Source: a virus
Lineage: Duplodnaviria > Heunggongvirae > Uroviricota > Caudoviricetes
Virus record (IMG/VR): IMGVR_UViG_3300045988_005581
DNA: 44,370 nucleotides
Direction: 5' to 3' (one strand)
In this document: in pieces, positions 7,638-15,662 of the stretch
Layout of the letters: each line of letters begins with the position of its first letter
How positions within the stretch are numbered: position 1 is the first letter of the stretch
Made by a program: the position numbers and the translations under genes
Notes under the pieces: generated by a model
What the model was told of the DNA's origin: nothing
The model's database searches: none
Seen by the model: only the letters and a program-made list of their open reading frames with translations

Positions 7638-7838
7638 GAGCTTGTGAAGTATGAACAAGCGACCGCGGCGCGGGCAGGTAACGGAGCGGGACGTAAGTCC
7701 TGAGTGTAGTTACGCTGACGCGTTCGGAAGGGCCATACTCTATTGCTTGTGTAAAAAGTAACAGGTTTACTTAGATTACGCCGTTTCTATGTTTAAATGA
7801 TAAGGACTAGCGCCCTGCTTTAAGGCAGGGCTTTACTT
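7638..7838 (+). ncRNA. candidate short terminated transcript / structured leader (element A)
   Basis: Region between P_A and the terminator at 7812..7838; shares a 43-nt identical 5' arm (7626-7668) and a 23-nt identical 3' arm (7723-7745) with element B at 39913-40032. Not shown to be transcribed. Confidence 0.35.
7812..7838 (+). terminator. intrinsic terminator 18 nt upstream of the spanin start
   Basis: GCCCTGC (7812-7818) / GCAGGGC (7825-7831), loop TTTAAG, then TTTACTT. Confidence 0.6.
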
Positions 7839-7855
7839 ATCGAGAAAGGGGAAAC

Positions 7856-8242
7856 ATGAATCTTAAAGCAACCGTCGTAGCAGGAGCATGTTTCATCATC
7901 CTGGCTTACACACACGGCATTTATCAGTACCGCAGCGGCTGGCACGAAGGCCGCGCTAATCTCGTTTCGCAGCAACAGCAGAAAGCACAGGCCGAGTTAG
8001 CGAAGAAAACACAACGGCAGCAGCAAGATGAATCAAAGGCCGCCGCCGCTGACAACGAAGGCAAGACGAAATCAGAGGTGATCACCCGTGAAGTCGTTAA
8101 GTACATTAAAACTCCTGGTCGCAGCGTGTGCACTTTCGACCCTGAGCGCGTGCAGCTCAAGTCCCGCGCCGTCGCAAACGCCAATTCCATCCCCGGATAC
8201 GACGATGATGCAGCCGCCGTGCAAGCTGGCACCGCCGAGTAG
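7856..8242 (+). CDS. i-spanin (Rz-like inner-membrane spanin)
   Basis: N-terminal TM segment (VVAGACFIILAY), charged Gln/Ala/Lys-rich coiled-coil-like middle region, and an out-of-frame lipoprotein ORF overlapping its 3' half. Confidence 0.7.
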   Translation: MNLKATVVAGACFIILAYTHGIYQYRSGWHEGRANLVSQQQQKAQAELAKKTQRQQQDESKAAAADNEGKTKSEVITREVVKYIKTPGRSVCTFDPERVQLKSRAVANANSIPGYDDDAAAVQAGTAE

Positions 8243-8351
8243 CGACGCTGACGAGGATTTAGCTATCGACGTTCAGAACGCTGAATGCGTACGGCAGCTG
8301 CGGCTGAAAGTGTTCATGTTGCAGGATTACGTGAGGAATATTCTGGAATAG
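8088..8351 (+). CDS. o-spanin (Rz1-like outer-membrane lipoprotein), overlapped architecture
   Basis: GTG start at 8088 with GAGGTGA RBS; signal peptide plus lipobox LSAC; proline-rich mature region; +1-frame overlap with the i-spanin extending beyond its stop. Confidence 0.75.
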   Translation: MKSLSTLKLLVAACALSTLSACSSSPAPSQTPIPSPDTTMMQPPCKLAPPSSDADEDLAIDVQNAECVRQLRLKVFMLQDYVRNILE

Positions 8352-8433
8352 TTGCCTTGCATGTTGGAATAATTTATTCTTGACATGTAAATCCGGGTGG
8401 CCCGGGTTCCAACGTCCAGGGGACATACTGACT

Positions 8434-9138
8434 ATGAATCGTTTTTTACGTTATCCGTTCCAGGAAGAAGCTGGGGCAGAAGATAAAGCTGGTGGCGGTG
8501 ACGCGCCGAAAATGTTCACCGCTGAAGAAGTTCAGGCGCTGATTGAGAAAGAAGTTGCCGGGCTTAAGGCTAATCAGGAAGCATTGTTGGCGGAGAAGAA
8601 AGAAGCCGCTCGCAAAGCAAAAGAGGCCGAAGAAGAACGGCAGCGCGCGCACCAGGAGGCGTTAAAAGCCGCTGGTAAGATGGATGAGTTCGAAAAGACG
8701 ATTCGTAGCCAGTATGACCCGGTGTTAGCCGAGAAAGACGGTCGCATCTCCAGAATGGCAGAGCGTATCCTCGGCAGCGAACGTAAAGCGGTGCTAGGCT
8801 CTTTCGCGGGTGACTTTATTACCCCAGAAGCAGTGGACATTCTTGCGCCGTTCGTTAAGACTGAGTTCGAAGGCGATGATGTGGTTACTAAGTTTGTTGG
8901 CGCAGACGGCAACGTAATCACGACTGACCCGGAACAGTTCCGCAAATACTTGCGAGAACACAAAGCGTTTTCACATTTGATTAAAGCAAATGCAGCTTCC
9001 GGCGGCGGGGCTTCCGGTAGCAAAGGCGGCGGGGCCGCACCAGCGTTTAAAGACATGAGTGAAGCGGAGCGTATCGCTCTGTACGAATCGAACCCTGCCG
9101 AATTTGAACGGCAACTTAAAGCCCTGAGGAAAAAATAA
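8434..9138 (+). CDS. scaffolding protein (putative)
   Basis: ATG 8434 (tool start 8380 is TTG); Glu/Ala/Lys-rich predicted coiled coil; immediately upstream of the major capsid gene. Confidence 0.6.
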   Translation: MNRFLRYPFQEEAGAEDKAGGGDAPKMFTAEEVQALIEKEVAGLKANQEALLAEKKEAARKAKEAEEERQRAHQEALKAAGKMDEFEKTIRSQYDPVLAEKDGRISRMAERILGSERKAVLGSFAGDFITPEAVDILAPFVKTEFEGDDVVTKFVGADGNVITTDPEQFRKYLREHKAFSHLIKANAASGGGASGSKGGGAAPAFKDMSEAERIALYESNPAEFERQLKALRKK

Positions 9139-10187
9139 TGGCAATTACTACTATCGGCGACATCGTAACTGGTAAAGAATCGGTAATCCTGTCCTACATG
9201 ACAGAGGACCCGGTAGAGAAAACCGCGTTCTTCCAGTCCGGTATCCTTACCTCGACTCCGTATGCCGCCGCTATCGCAAACGGCCCGTCCAACAAAGCGG
9301 TCCTGCCGTACTGGAAAGCTATTGATACCTCTATCGAGCCGAACTACTCGAACGACGTATATCAGGACGTCGCCACCCCGCGTAACGTGCAAACCGGTGA
9401 GATGGATGTTCGCGTAGCTTACCTGAACGAAGGTTTTGGTCAGGCTGACCTGACGGTAGAACTGACCAGCCAGAATCCGCTGCAATCCGTGGCTTCCCGT
9501 CTGGATAACTTCTGGCAGCGTCAGGCACAACGCCGTCTTATTGCTACCGCGCTCGGTCTGTACAATGATAACGTAGCGGCTACCGATGCGTACCACGAGC
9601 AGAACGACATGGTTATTGACGTGTCCGCTACTCTGGGCTTCGACTCCGGCGCGTTCATCGATGCTACCCAGACTATGGGCGATGCGCTGATGGGTAACGG
9701 TGGTGAAGTGCTTGGCGCTATCGCGATGCACAGCTTCGTTTATGCGCAGGCGCGTAAGCAGCAGCTTATCGACTTCATTCGCGACGCTGACAACAACACC
9801 ATGTTCGCCACCTACCAGGGCTATCGTGTGATTGTTGACGACAGCATGACCGTAGTCGGAACTGGCAACAGCCGTAAGTTCATCTCCATCATCTTCGGCA
9901 ACGGTGCTATCGGTTACGGCGAAGGTTCTCCGTCAAACCCGCTGGAATACGAGCGCGAAGCGTCTCGCGGTAACGGTGGTGGTGTCGAAACCCTGTGGAC
10001 CCGTAAGACCTGGTTGCTGCATCCGTTTGGTTACAGTTTCACCAGCACTGTAATCACCGGCAACGGCACCGAGACTATCGCCCGCTCTGCTTCCTGGCAG
10101 GACCTGGCGAACGCTTCCAACTGGAACCGTGTGGTTGACCGTAAGCATGTACCGATTGCCTTCCTGGTAACTGGTGTCGGGGCTTAA
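9138..10187 (+). CDS. major capsid protein
   Basis: 349 aa, strong RBS GAGGA, follows scaffold and is followed by a strong intrinsic terminator (typical for highly expressed capsid genes). Assignment by synteny and size. Confidence 0.8.
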   Translation: MAITTIGDIVTGKESVILSYMTEDPVEKTAFFQSGILTSTPYAAAIANGPSNKAVLPYWKAIDTSIEPNYSNDVYQDVATPRNVQTGEMDVRVAYLNEGFGQADLTVELTSQNPLQSVASRLDNFWQRQAQRRLIATALGLYNDNVAATDAYHEQNDMVIDVSATLGFDSGAFIDATQTMGDALMGNGGEVLGAIAMHSFVYAQARKQQLIDFIRDADNNTMFATYQGYRVIVDDSMTVVGTGNSRKFISIIFGNGAIGYGEGSPSNPLEYEREASRGNGGGVETLWTRKTWLLHPFGYSFTSTVITGNGTETIARSASWQDLANASNWNRVVDRKHVPIAFLVTGVGA

Positions 10188-10203
10188 GGTTAAGATATAA
10201 TCG

Positions 10204-10230
10204 AGAGGGACTTCGGTCCCTCTTTTCATT
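10204..10230 (+). terminator. intrinsic terminator after the capsid gene
   Basis: AGAGGGA (10204-10210) / TCCCTCT (10217-10223), loop CTTCGG, then TTTTCATT. Confidence 0.6.
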
Positions 10231-10246
10231 TACTAAGAGGTAAATT

Positions 10247-10546
10247 ATGGCTAAGACCGGAAAAGGCTTGCCTCGCAGCCTTCAGAATGTCGACTTCGGC
10301 GACTTTGACATCCCAGTAACGCCGGCTACTACCAGCGTAGTTGGTGGGGTTAAAAAGTCAGCTACTGTAGCCGCCCCCGCGGCCATTACCGCTGCCGCCG
10401 GGTCGCAGTCCGCTGCGGACCCGACTAAGACCGAGTTCGATGCCCTTGTAGCCGAGTACAACAAACTTCGAACTGATGTAACCACGCTGCGCACTACCGT
10501 AGCAAATCTGTTGACTGCGCTTAAAAATGCAGGAACTGTAAGCTAA
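10247..10546 (+). CDS. hypothetical Ala/Thr-rich protein (99 aa; possible head decoration/fibre)
   Basis: RBS AAGAGGT; low-complexity Ala/Thr-rich centre and C-terminal coiled-coil-like segment. Confidence 0.5.
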   Translation: MAKTGKGLPRSLQNVDFGDFDIPVTPATTSVVGGVKKSATVAAPAAITAAAGSQSAADPTKTEFDALVAEYNKLRTDVTTLRTTVANLLTALKNAGTVS

Positions 10547-10558
10547 AGGAGCTTAAAA

Positions 10559-10909
10559 ATGGTTGATGTAATCAAACGTCGTATTACTGGTGTTTCTGAT
10601 GATTCTCCTGCCGATGGTCAGGTTGAAATCGATATGGCGAATATCTCGCCCGCATCTTTTTCTACCGCACTTGCCGCTACCACTACCAAGTCTACGGGGC
10701 AGACGATGACTCTTACCGTAGCCGTAACTGGCGGTCTGGCCCCGTACACATACCAGTGGTACAAAGATAACAACGCTATCCCAGGCGCTACCGCCGCCAC
10801 CTACGAGAAAACTTCGCTCGCTACTACCGATTCCGGTACGTATAAAGTGGTTGTCCACGATGTATATGGTAATATTATCTCCAGCAGCACCGTAGCAACT
10901 GTATCTTAA
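10559..10909 (+). CDS. Ig-like domain protein (116 aa)
   Basis: YTYQWYKDNNAIPGA...GTYKVVVHDVYGN resembles Ig-like domains; paralogous motif to 6786..7247. Confidence 0.6.
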   Translation: MVDVIKRRITGVSDDSPADGQVEIDMANISPASFSTALAATTTKSTGQTMTLTVAVTGGLAPYTYQWYKDNNAIPGATAATYEKTSLATTDSGTYKVVVHDVYGNIISSSTVATVS

Positions 10910-10945
10910 TACCGCAGCCCTTCGGGGCCGTAATAAGGAAAGGTC

Positions 10946-11125
10946 ATGGCAGATAATTATGTAATCCGCGAAAAGTACACCCACGTTGATGTTGTTGACG
11001 GTCAGGTTATGCCCGTTCGCGGTGTTGTAGAAGCGGATGAACTGGTAGCGGTTCAACCGGACAACGAAGAAGCGCACAACAACGGCGGTGGCACTAAGCG
11101 TCGCCGCCGTAAGTCAGAGGAATAA
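10946..11125 (+). CDS. hypothetical small protein (59 aa) with basic C-terminus
   Basis: ATG 10946, stop 11123-11125; not in ORF track (<60 aa); C-terminal KRRRRK. Confidence 0.4.
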   Translation: MADNYVIREKYTHVDVVDGQVMPVRGVVEADELVAVQPDNEEAHNNGGGTKRRRRKSEE

Positions 11126-11128
11126 TTT

Positions 11129-11641
11129 ATGCCGCTAATCGTGGAAACTGGGGCAATCGTCCCGAATGCCGACAGTTACGTTAGTCTGGCTGACGCCCGC
11201 GCGTTAGCGGCTAATTATGGCCTGGAGCTACCGGAAGACGATACTGCCACCGAAGTAGCCTTGCGCAACGGCGCTACTTATGTCGGGCTTGCAGAACCGC
11301 AGATGTGCGGCCGCCGTGTGTCCGCCGAGCAGTCCCTGGCGTACCCACGTACGGGAACAACACTAAACGGCTTCACCGTAGCTGATAATGTTATCCCACC
11401 GCAGTTAATCCGGGCGCAGGTAATCGCCGCTGTTACGTATGGAGCGGGCACTGATGTTCGGGCTAACTCCGATGGACGTTCCGTGCAGACCGAGCGTGTA
11501 GAGGGTGCGGTAACAGTGACCTACTTCAACAATGGCAACAGTGGCGCTACGACCGCGATTACCGCTGCTGACGACGCTTTACGCCCGTTATTGTGTGGCG
11601 GTCTTAACAATGGTTTCTCGTTTAACGTGTACCGGGGTTAA
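11129..11641 (+). CDS. head-tail connector / head completion protein (putative)
   Basis: 170 aa with RBS GAGGAA; assigned only by position between capsid and tail genes. Confidence 0.5.
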   Translation: MPLIVETGAIVPNADSYVSLADARALAANYGLELPEDDTATEVALRNGATYVGLAEPQMCGRRVSAEQSLAYPRTGTTLNGFTVADNVIPPQLIRAQVIAAVTYGAGTDVRANSDGRSVQTERVEGAVTVTYFNNGNSGATTAITAADDALRPLLCGGLNNGFSFNVYRG

Positions 11642-11643
11642 AA

Positions 11644-12258
11644 ATGGCGAAGACTAAATCAGAGATATTCACGCTAATCGGTTCCGAGCTACCGGACAAC
11701 ACGACCGGACTTATTACGCCTGCGAAGTTGCGCGGGGTATTAACCCAGATGGCTGACTCACCTATTTACGCCACTCCGGGTGTTAAAGAGGTTGAAGTTC
11801 TACGCGCTGCGTCGACAGTAGCGCAAGCGCCTACCGCAGTAGATACGGCGTTGCAGGTATCGTTCGGCTCTGCTCAGGGTAGTGCATCTGACCCGGTAAT
11901 GATTAATGCTGCGGGGCTGGTTACATTCAACACCGCGGGTAACTATGCCGTTCGCATCAAGTTACAGGCCGGTCGCTCCGGCGCTAGCGGAACGTCTATC
12001 CTGTTGTCGCGTATCCTCATTAACGGCGCTCAGTACGGCTCACCAGCAGCTACGAAACTTGTTAGCTCGGAAACCACCATCCCTATTGAATCCCGTGTAG
12101 TGATTAACCCAACCGCCGGGCAAACATTCGCCGTTCAGATTATGCGAGATAGCGCCGGGACTAACTTCGGAGGCGTATACCCGCAGGTGGCTACTGTAAC
12201 TGCATGGGGCACGGCACCGTCCGCGCTACTGGTTATTTCGAGACTGGAGGCTGCCTGA
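11644..12258 (+). CDS. structural protein (putative head-tail joining)
   Basis: 204 aa, tightly packed in the head-to-tail block; no motif identified. Confidence 0.5.
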   Translation: MAKTKSEIFTLIGSELPDNTTGLITPAKLRGVLTQMADSPIYATPGVKEVEVLRAASTVAQAPTAVDTALQVSFGSAQGSASDPVMINAAGLVTFNTAGNYAVRIKLQAGRSGASGTSILLSRILINGAQYGSPAATKLVSSETTIPIESRVVINPTAGQTFAVQIMRDSAGTNFGGVYPQVATVTAWGTAPSALLVISRLEAA

Positions 12259-12617
12259 TGAGCACTGCTTTCAGTAAACGTATGCAAGGCGTGGGTACAC
12301 GCCTGCTAACCAAATTCGGCAGCACGGTATCTTTGGTTCGCGCTGGCTCGAAAGTGTGGGACGAAGTTCTCGGTGAGTACATCTGGTCCGCCGATGAAGT
12401 TCTGCCGTTGAAAGCCGTGCCTGTTCCGGTTAACGCAGGTTTGGTTAACGGCACAACCATTCAGGCCGGAGACATGATTGTCAAAGCCGATTGCAGCGTC
12501 GTTCCGAAGATGGAGGACAAGGTGCAATTCGGCGGCGAGCAATGGTCCGTCGTAGCCATTGAGAAGAAGGTGGTTAACGATGATGTTGTGGCCTACTTTA
12601 TTCAGGTGAGAAAATGA
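12258..12617 (+). CDS. head-tail joining protein (putative)
   Basis: ATG 12258 overlapping the upstream stop (TGATG); tool start 12204 is upstream in the same frame. Confidence 0.55.
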   Translation: MSTAFSKRMQGVGTRLLTKFGSTVSLVRAGSKVWDEVLGEYIWSADEVLPLKAVPVPVNAGLVNGTTIQAGDMIVKADCSVVPKMEDKVQFGGEQWSVVAIEKKVVNDDVVAYFIQVRK

Positions 12618-13009
12618 GTTTCGCGCTGGACGTCTCTAAGTTCGTGGAAAAGGCGAAGAAGAACCCTGAGAAGGTGATGCGTCAGGTGTCTATCAAGCTG
12701 TTTTCCGCTATTATAAAGGCGAGTCCGGTAGATACTGGTCGGTTTCGCATGAACTGGATGGCATCTGGCGGTACTCCTGCTTCCGGGATTACGGATGCTA
12801 CGGATAAATCAGGAAACACAGCAACCGGAAACGCTACAAGTTTCGTGCTGAAAGCCACCGACTGGCATGAGTTCACGCTGACAAATAACCTGCCGTATGC
12901 ACAACGGCTGGAGTATGGCTGGTCGCAACAGGCCCCGCAAGGATTCGTCAGGACTAACGTGTCCCGCTTCCAGCAACTCATTAACGAAGAAGCTAGCAAG
13001 GTGAGATGA
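12614..13009 (+). CDS. neck / tail completion protein (putative)
   Basis: 131 aa, ATGA-coupled to neighbours; assignment by synteny only. Confidence 0.5.
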   Translation: MSFALDVSKFVEKAKKNPEKVMRQVSIKLFSAIIKASPVDTGRFRMNWMASGGTPASGITDATDKSGNTATGNATSFVLKATDWHEFTLTNNLPYAQRLEYGWSQQAPQGFVRTNVSRFQQLINEEASKVR

Positions 13010-13422
13010 TGGGCTACTTTGAGGACTTAACAAAAGCGTTTGATGTGCCGCTGGTAGCCTTCGGAACCACCAACGGAATCAAGGTAGCGCTTGAAAACAT
13101 CGACGCGCCGACGTCAACAGATACGCCGTATCTGGCAAGTTACATGTTGCTGGCGGATACCGAGCAGGCTGACTTATTCTTCACGGAACAACGCGCCGGT
13201 GTCTATCAGATAGACATTAACTACGCATCGGTGAAAGGTAGCGCGCCAATCAATAAAATGGCAGACTTACTTAACACGGCGTTTAAATCAGGTAAGGCAT
13301 TTTCGCGTAACGACATCTGCGCCGAGGTTCAATCGGTTAGCCTGGGGCCGCTGATTGTAGAAAACGGATGGGCCAAACGACCATTGTCAATTAACTTTAT
13401 TGCATTCACCAAGAGGCTGTGA
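13006..13422 (+). CDS. tail terminator protein (putative)
   Basis: 138 aa directly upstream of the major tail protein gene; assignment by synteny. Confidence 0.5.
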   Translation: MMGYFEDLTKAFDVPLVAFGTTNGIKVALENIDAPTSTDTPYLASYMLLADTEQADLFFTEQRAGVYQIDINYASVKGSAPINKMADLLNTAFKSGKAFSRNDICAEVQSVSLGPLIVENGWAKRPLSINFIAFTKRL

Positions 13423-13424
13423 AT

Positions 13425-14591
13425 ATGGCTACAACTCCTTTTAAGGGCGCGAATACCGCGCAATTCTATGTGGCGGAAACTACCCCTGGCGTAACACCGA
13501 CTAACCCGGTATGGTCGCCGTTGCGTAACACGGGCGGCGTTCCCGCTGTAACCCGCGATGCACTGACTTCCAACGAACTGGACGGCAGCCGTGAAACTAC
13601 ATCCATCCGAACCGGTAACAAGCAGGTTAGCGGGGAGTATGCCATCGAACTTAGCTCTCGTAGCCAGGATGATTTCCTTGCGGGAGCGATGACTTCTACG
13701 TGGCAAGCTGGGGTAGAGATTACTGGCGCCGAAATTACGGTCGCCCCAGCAGGTAAAACATTCACCCGCGCTGCTGGTAGCTTCATTACTGGCGGTGTAG
13801 AAGTTGGCGACCTTATTGCGTTCACCGACTTAACCGGCGACAACGCAAAACCGTTTATCGTGACCGCGGTTTCCGCTCTGGTAGTTACGGGCGCAGGTAT
13901 TCAGCACACGCTGACAGCAGAGACAGTAACCACTGACGCAAAAACTGGCGACAAGCTGGAAACCGGTAACGCGTGTAAGACGTTCTCCATCCTGACGTGG
14001 TTCAAGGGCCAGTGTGGTAACCCGGACGCGTACATGCTGACCAAAGGTGTGGAAATCTCTGGCTTTACCGTAGAGCAGGCGGTTAACGCCATGGTCACCG
14101 GCAGCTTCCCGTTCATCGGCCTTAGTCAGGAGATTCTTACCGCGCCGCCGTCTGGCTCTGATTTCTCTCAGGTTACGTTCACCGATGAGCCGTTCTCGTC
14201 GGTAGATGTGTCGGTGTTCGATGGCTCCACGCCGTTGCGTTGCGATACTCTCACCATCACCAACGACAACGGAGCTTCCGCGCAGTTCGAACTCGGTAAC
14301 AGTAGCGTGGCGTTCGTCGAACGTGGACGCGCAGCTAACACATTCTCTATCTCTGGCAAGCTGTACGACATGGCGATGATTCAGAAGTTTATCAACGAGC
14401 AGCAGGTAGAGATTAACTCTATTCTGGCAGGGGTAAACGGGGCTATGTCTTTCAGTTTGAAACGTGCAGAGCTTACGGCGGTTACACCTGAGATTGGTGG
14501 GCCTGAGTCAATCACTCAGTCCATTGAAGGCCAGGCTACCGGCAATCGGTACCAGTCGTCTATCGTAATTCAACGTATCACCTACGCATAA
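13425..14591 (+). CDS. major tail (tube) protein
   Basis: ATG 13425 with AAGAGG RBS (tool start 13419 is GTG); about 388 aa, Thr/Gly/Ser-rich; followed by a strong terminator and precedes the chaperone/tape-measure genes. Confidence 0.7.
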   Translation: MATTPFKGANTAQFYVAETTPGVTPTNPVWSPLRNTGGVPAVTRDALTSNELDGSRETTSIRTGNKQVSGEYAIELSSRSQDDFLAGAMTSTWQAGVEITGAEITVAPAGKTFTRAAGSFITGGVEVGDLIAFTDLTGDNAKPFIVTAVSALVVTGAGIQHTLTAETVTTDAKTGDKLETGNACKTFSILTWFKGQCGNPDAYMLTKGVEISGFTVEQAVNAMVTGSFPFIGLSQEILTAPPSGSDFSQVTFTDEPFSSVDVSVFDGSTPLRCDTLTITNDNGASAQFELGNSSVAFVERGRAANTFSISGKLYDMAMIQKFINEQQVEINSILAGVNGAMSFSLKRAELTAVTPEIGGPESITQSIEGQATGNRYQSSIVIQRITYA

Positions 14592-14596
14592 AACTA

Positions 14597-14620
14597 AGGC
14601 CCCTTTCGGGGCCTTTTTCT
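14597..14620. terminator. bidirectional intrinsic terminator
   Basis: AGGCCCC (14597-14603) / GGGGCCT (14608-14614), loop TTTC, T-runs on both strands; separates the tail-shaft operon from the convergent minus-strand cassette. Confidence 0.7.
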
Positions 14621-15174
14621 TACAAACCTAATTTTAAAGCAATGTCTATAACGTTCGATTTAACGTCACCCGGTATGATGTAGGTGTCGTAATCTTTTAC
14701 ACCACTAACATCGTACAGATAGCCACGGCTATCGCAGATGAACGTATAGCCGTCACGATGGAGGCGGACGATTCGCACGTCATGCCCCGCGGCGACGATA
14801 GGGGCAACTTCACTGGCGAATCCACCATCGGACACTACAAAAACTTCGTCGCCGTCAGGCAAGTTTTCAGCAAGATACTTACCGAAATAATCATCGCCGA
14901 ATACCGGTTTAATGAATTGCTCAGAAATGGCAATCATTAACCGGCGGCGGGACAACCCATTAAGAAAACCCTCGGGTTTTTCTTTCCGCGCCCGGTCGTC
15001 GTAGCCGTCGAGAAATTCGTGGTAAGCATCCTGGCCTAACGCTGCCAAAGCAATATTGAACATTGGATTCTTGAAACTGGTAGTTCCTTTCGCAAAGCCC
15101 ATTTCTACCAGCGCCATAGCAAGCGTGTCTTTCCCGCAACCCGCAGGGCCATTAAGAATAATTACCTTAGCCAT
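14620..15174 (-). CDS. deoxynucleoside monophosphate kinase-like P-loop kinase
   Basis: P-loop GPAGCGKDT near the N-terminus; the GKDT variant and overall spacing resemble T4 gp1-type dNMP kinases (recalled, not aligned). 184 aa. Confidence 0.65.
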   Translation of the reverse strand: MAKVIILNGPAGCGKDTLAMALVEMGFAKGTTSFKNPMFNIALAALGQDAYHEFLDGYDDRARKEKPEGFLNGLSRRRLMIAISEQFIKPVFGDDYFGKYLAENLPDGDEVFVVSDGGFASEVAPIVAAGHDVRIVRLHRDGYTFICDSRGYLYDVSGVKDYDTYIIPGDVKSNVIDIALKLGL

Positions 15175-15662
15175 TATTTATCGCTCCCGTGTGGTTTTAA
15201 GTGTGTAGAGTTCCCGTTACAGTCGTATTCGGTAACTGCGTGTGCGGTTATGCCGAGGTCACGGAAATGCTTTATTACCGCTGGAGAGTCGTCGAACGCA
15301 CACAAGATTCTTTCCAGTCCGAAAGCACGCAACACCTCTTCTTTAATTACGATGTCTTTTCTGTTGTCGTGTTTGCTGCGCATGATTAGCGTGTCAAACC
15401 TAACGTTATTCTCTCGTAACCATTCGCGAGTCTCCTCCTCAGCGTCATCACTTCGCCCGGTAAGGATAATTATAGTAAGTCCGGAATGCCACAGTACGCT
15501 ACACAAATGGATATTGTCGTATATCGGAGCGTCATCTTTGCAGGCCATGTTAAATGGCTTCCACGCCCACGTTTCTCCGTAGTTATCTTTTGGTAACAGG
15601 TGTAAGCGATGGGTACCGTCAGCCAATGTCCCGTCTAAATCGAAAATTACAATATCTTTCAT
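15174..15662 (-). CDS. HAD-superfamily phosphatase
   Basis: N-terminal DLDGTL (HAD motif I, DxDxT); 162 aa; TAATG-coupled to the kinase gene. Confidence 0.7.
   Translation of the reverse strand: MKDIVIFDLDGTLADGTHRLHLLPKDNYGETWAWKPFNMACKDDAPIYDNIHLCSVLWHSGLTIIILTGRSDDAEEETREWLRENNVRFDTLIMRSKHDNRKDIVIKEEVLRAFGLERILCAFDDSPAVIKHFRDLGITAHAVTEYDCNGNSTHLKPHGSDK

Noticed and set aside
7650-7763. Small ORF (about 37 codons, ATG at 7650) inside leader element A, with a counterpart of about 40 codons inside element B
   Set aside because: The two paralogous copies keep nucleotide identity in their arms, but their variable cores translate into unrelated peptides (RGQVTERDVSPECSYADA versus CGRKRSGASALSVVSLPA). 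That is inconsistent with purifying selection on a protein, so the conservation is better explained at the RNA or DNA level.
8380-8408. TTGACA hexamer at 8380-8385 as a promoter for the scaffold gene
   Set aside because: No acceptable -10 hexamer at 16-18 bp spacing (sequence there is a GC hairpin CCGGGTGGCCCGG); the TTG at 8380 is just the ORF-track start artefact, and the real start is more likely the ATG at 8434.
8574-9731. Long minus-strand ORF (385 aa) and other long antisense ORFs in the six-frame track (for example 3028..3432 minus, 22955..23542 minus, 33604..34170 plus, 38092..38706 plus)
   Set aside because: Each lies entirely antisense to a well-supported gene with motifs and synteny (scaffold/capsid, terminase, tail tip, nuclease, primase-helicase), lacks an RBS and promoter, and has the Ser/Arg/Ala-rich low-complexity composition typical of antisense frames.
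10912-10932. GC hairpin after the Ig-like gene as a terminator
   Set aside because: Short stem (about 4-5 bp) and no downstream U-tract; the next ORF follows immediately with its own RBS.
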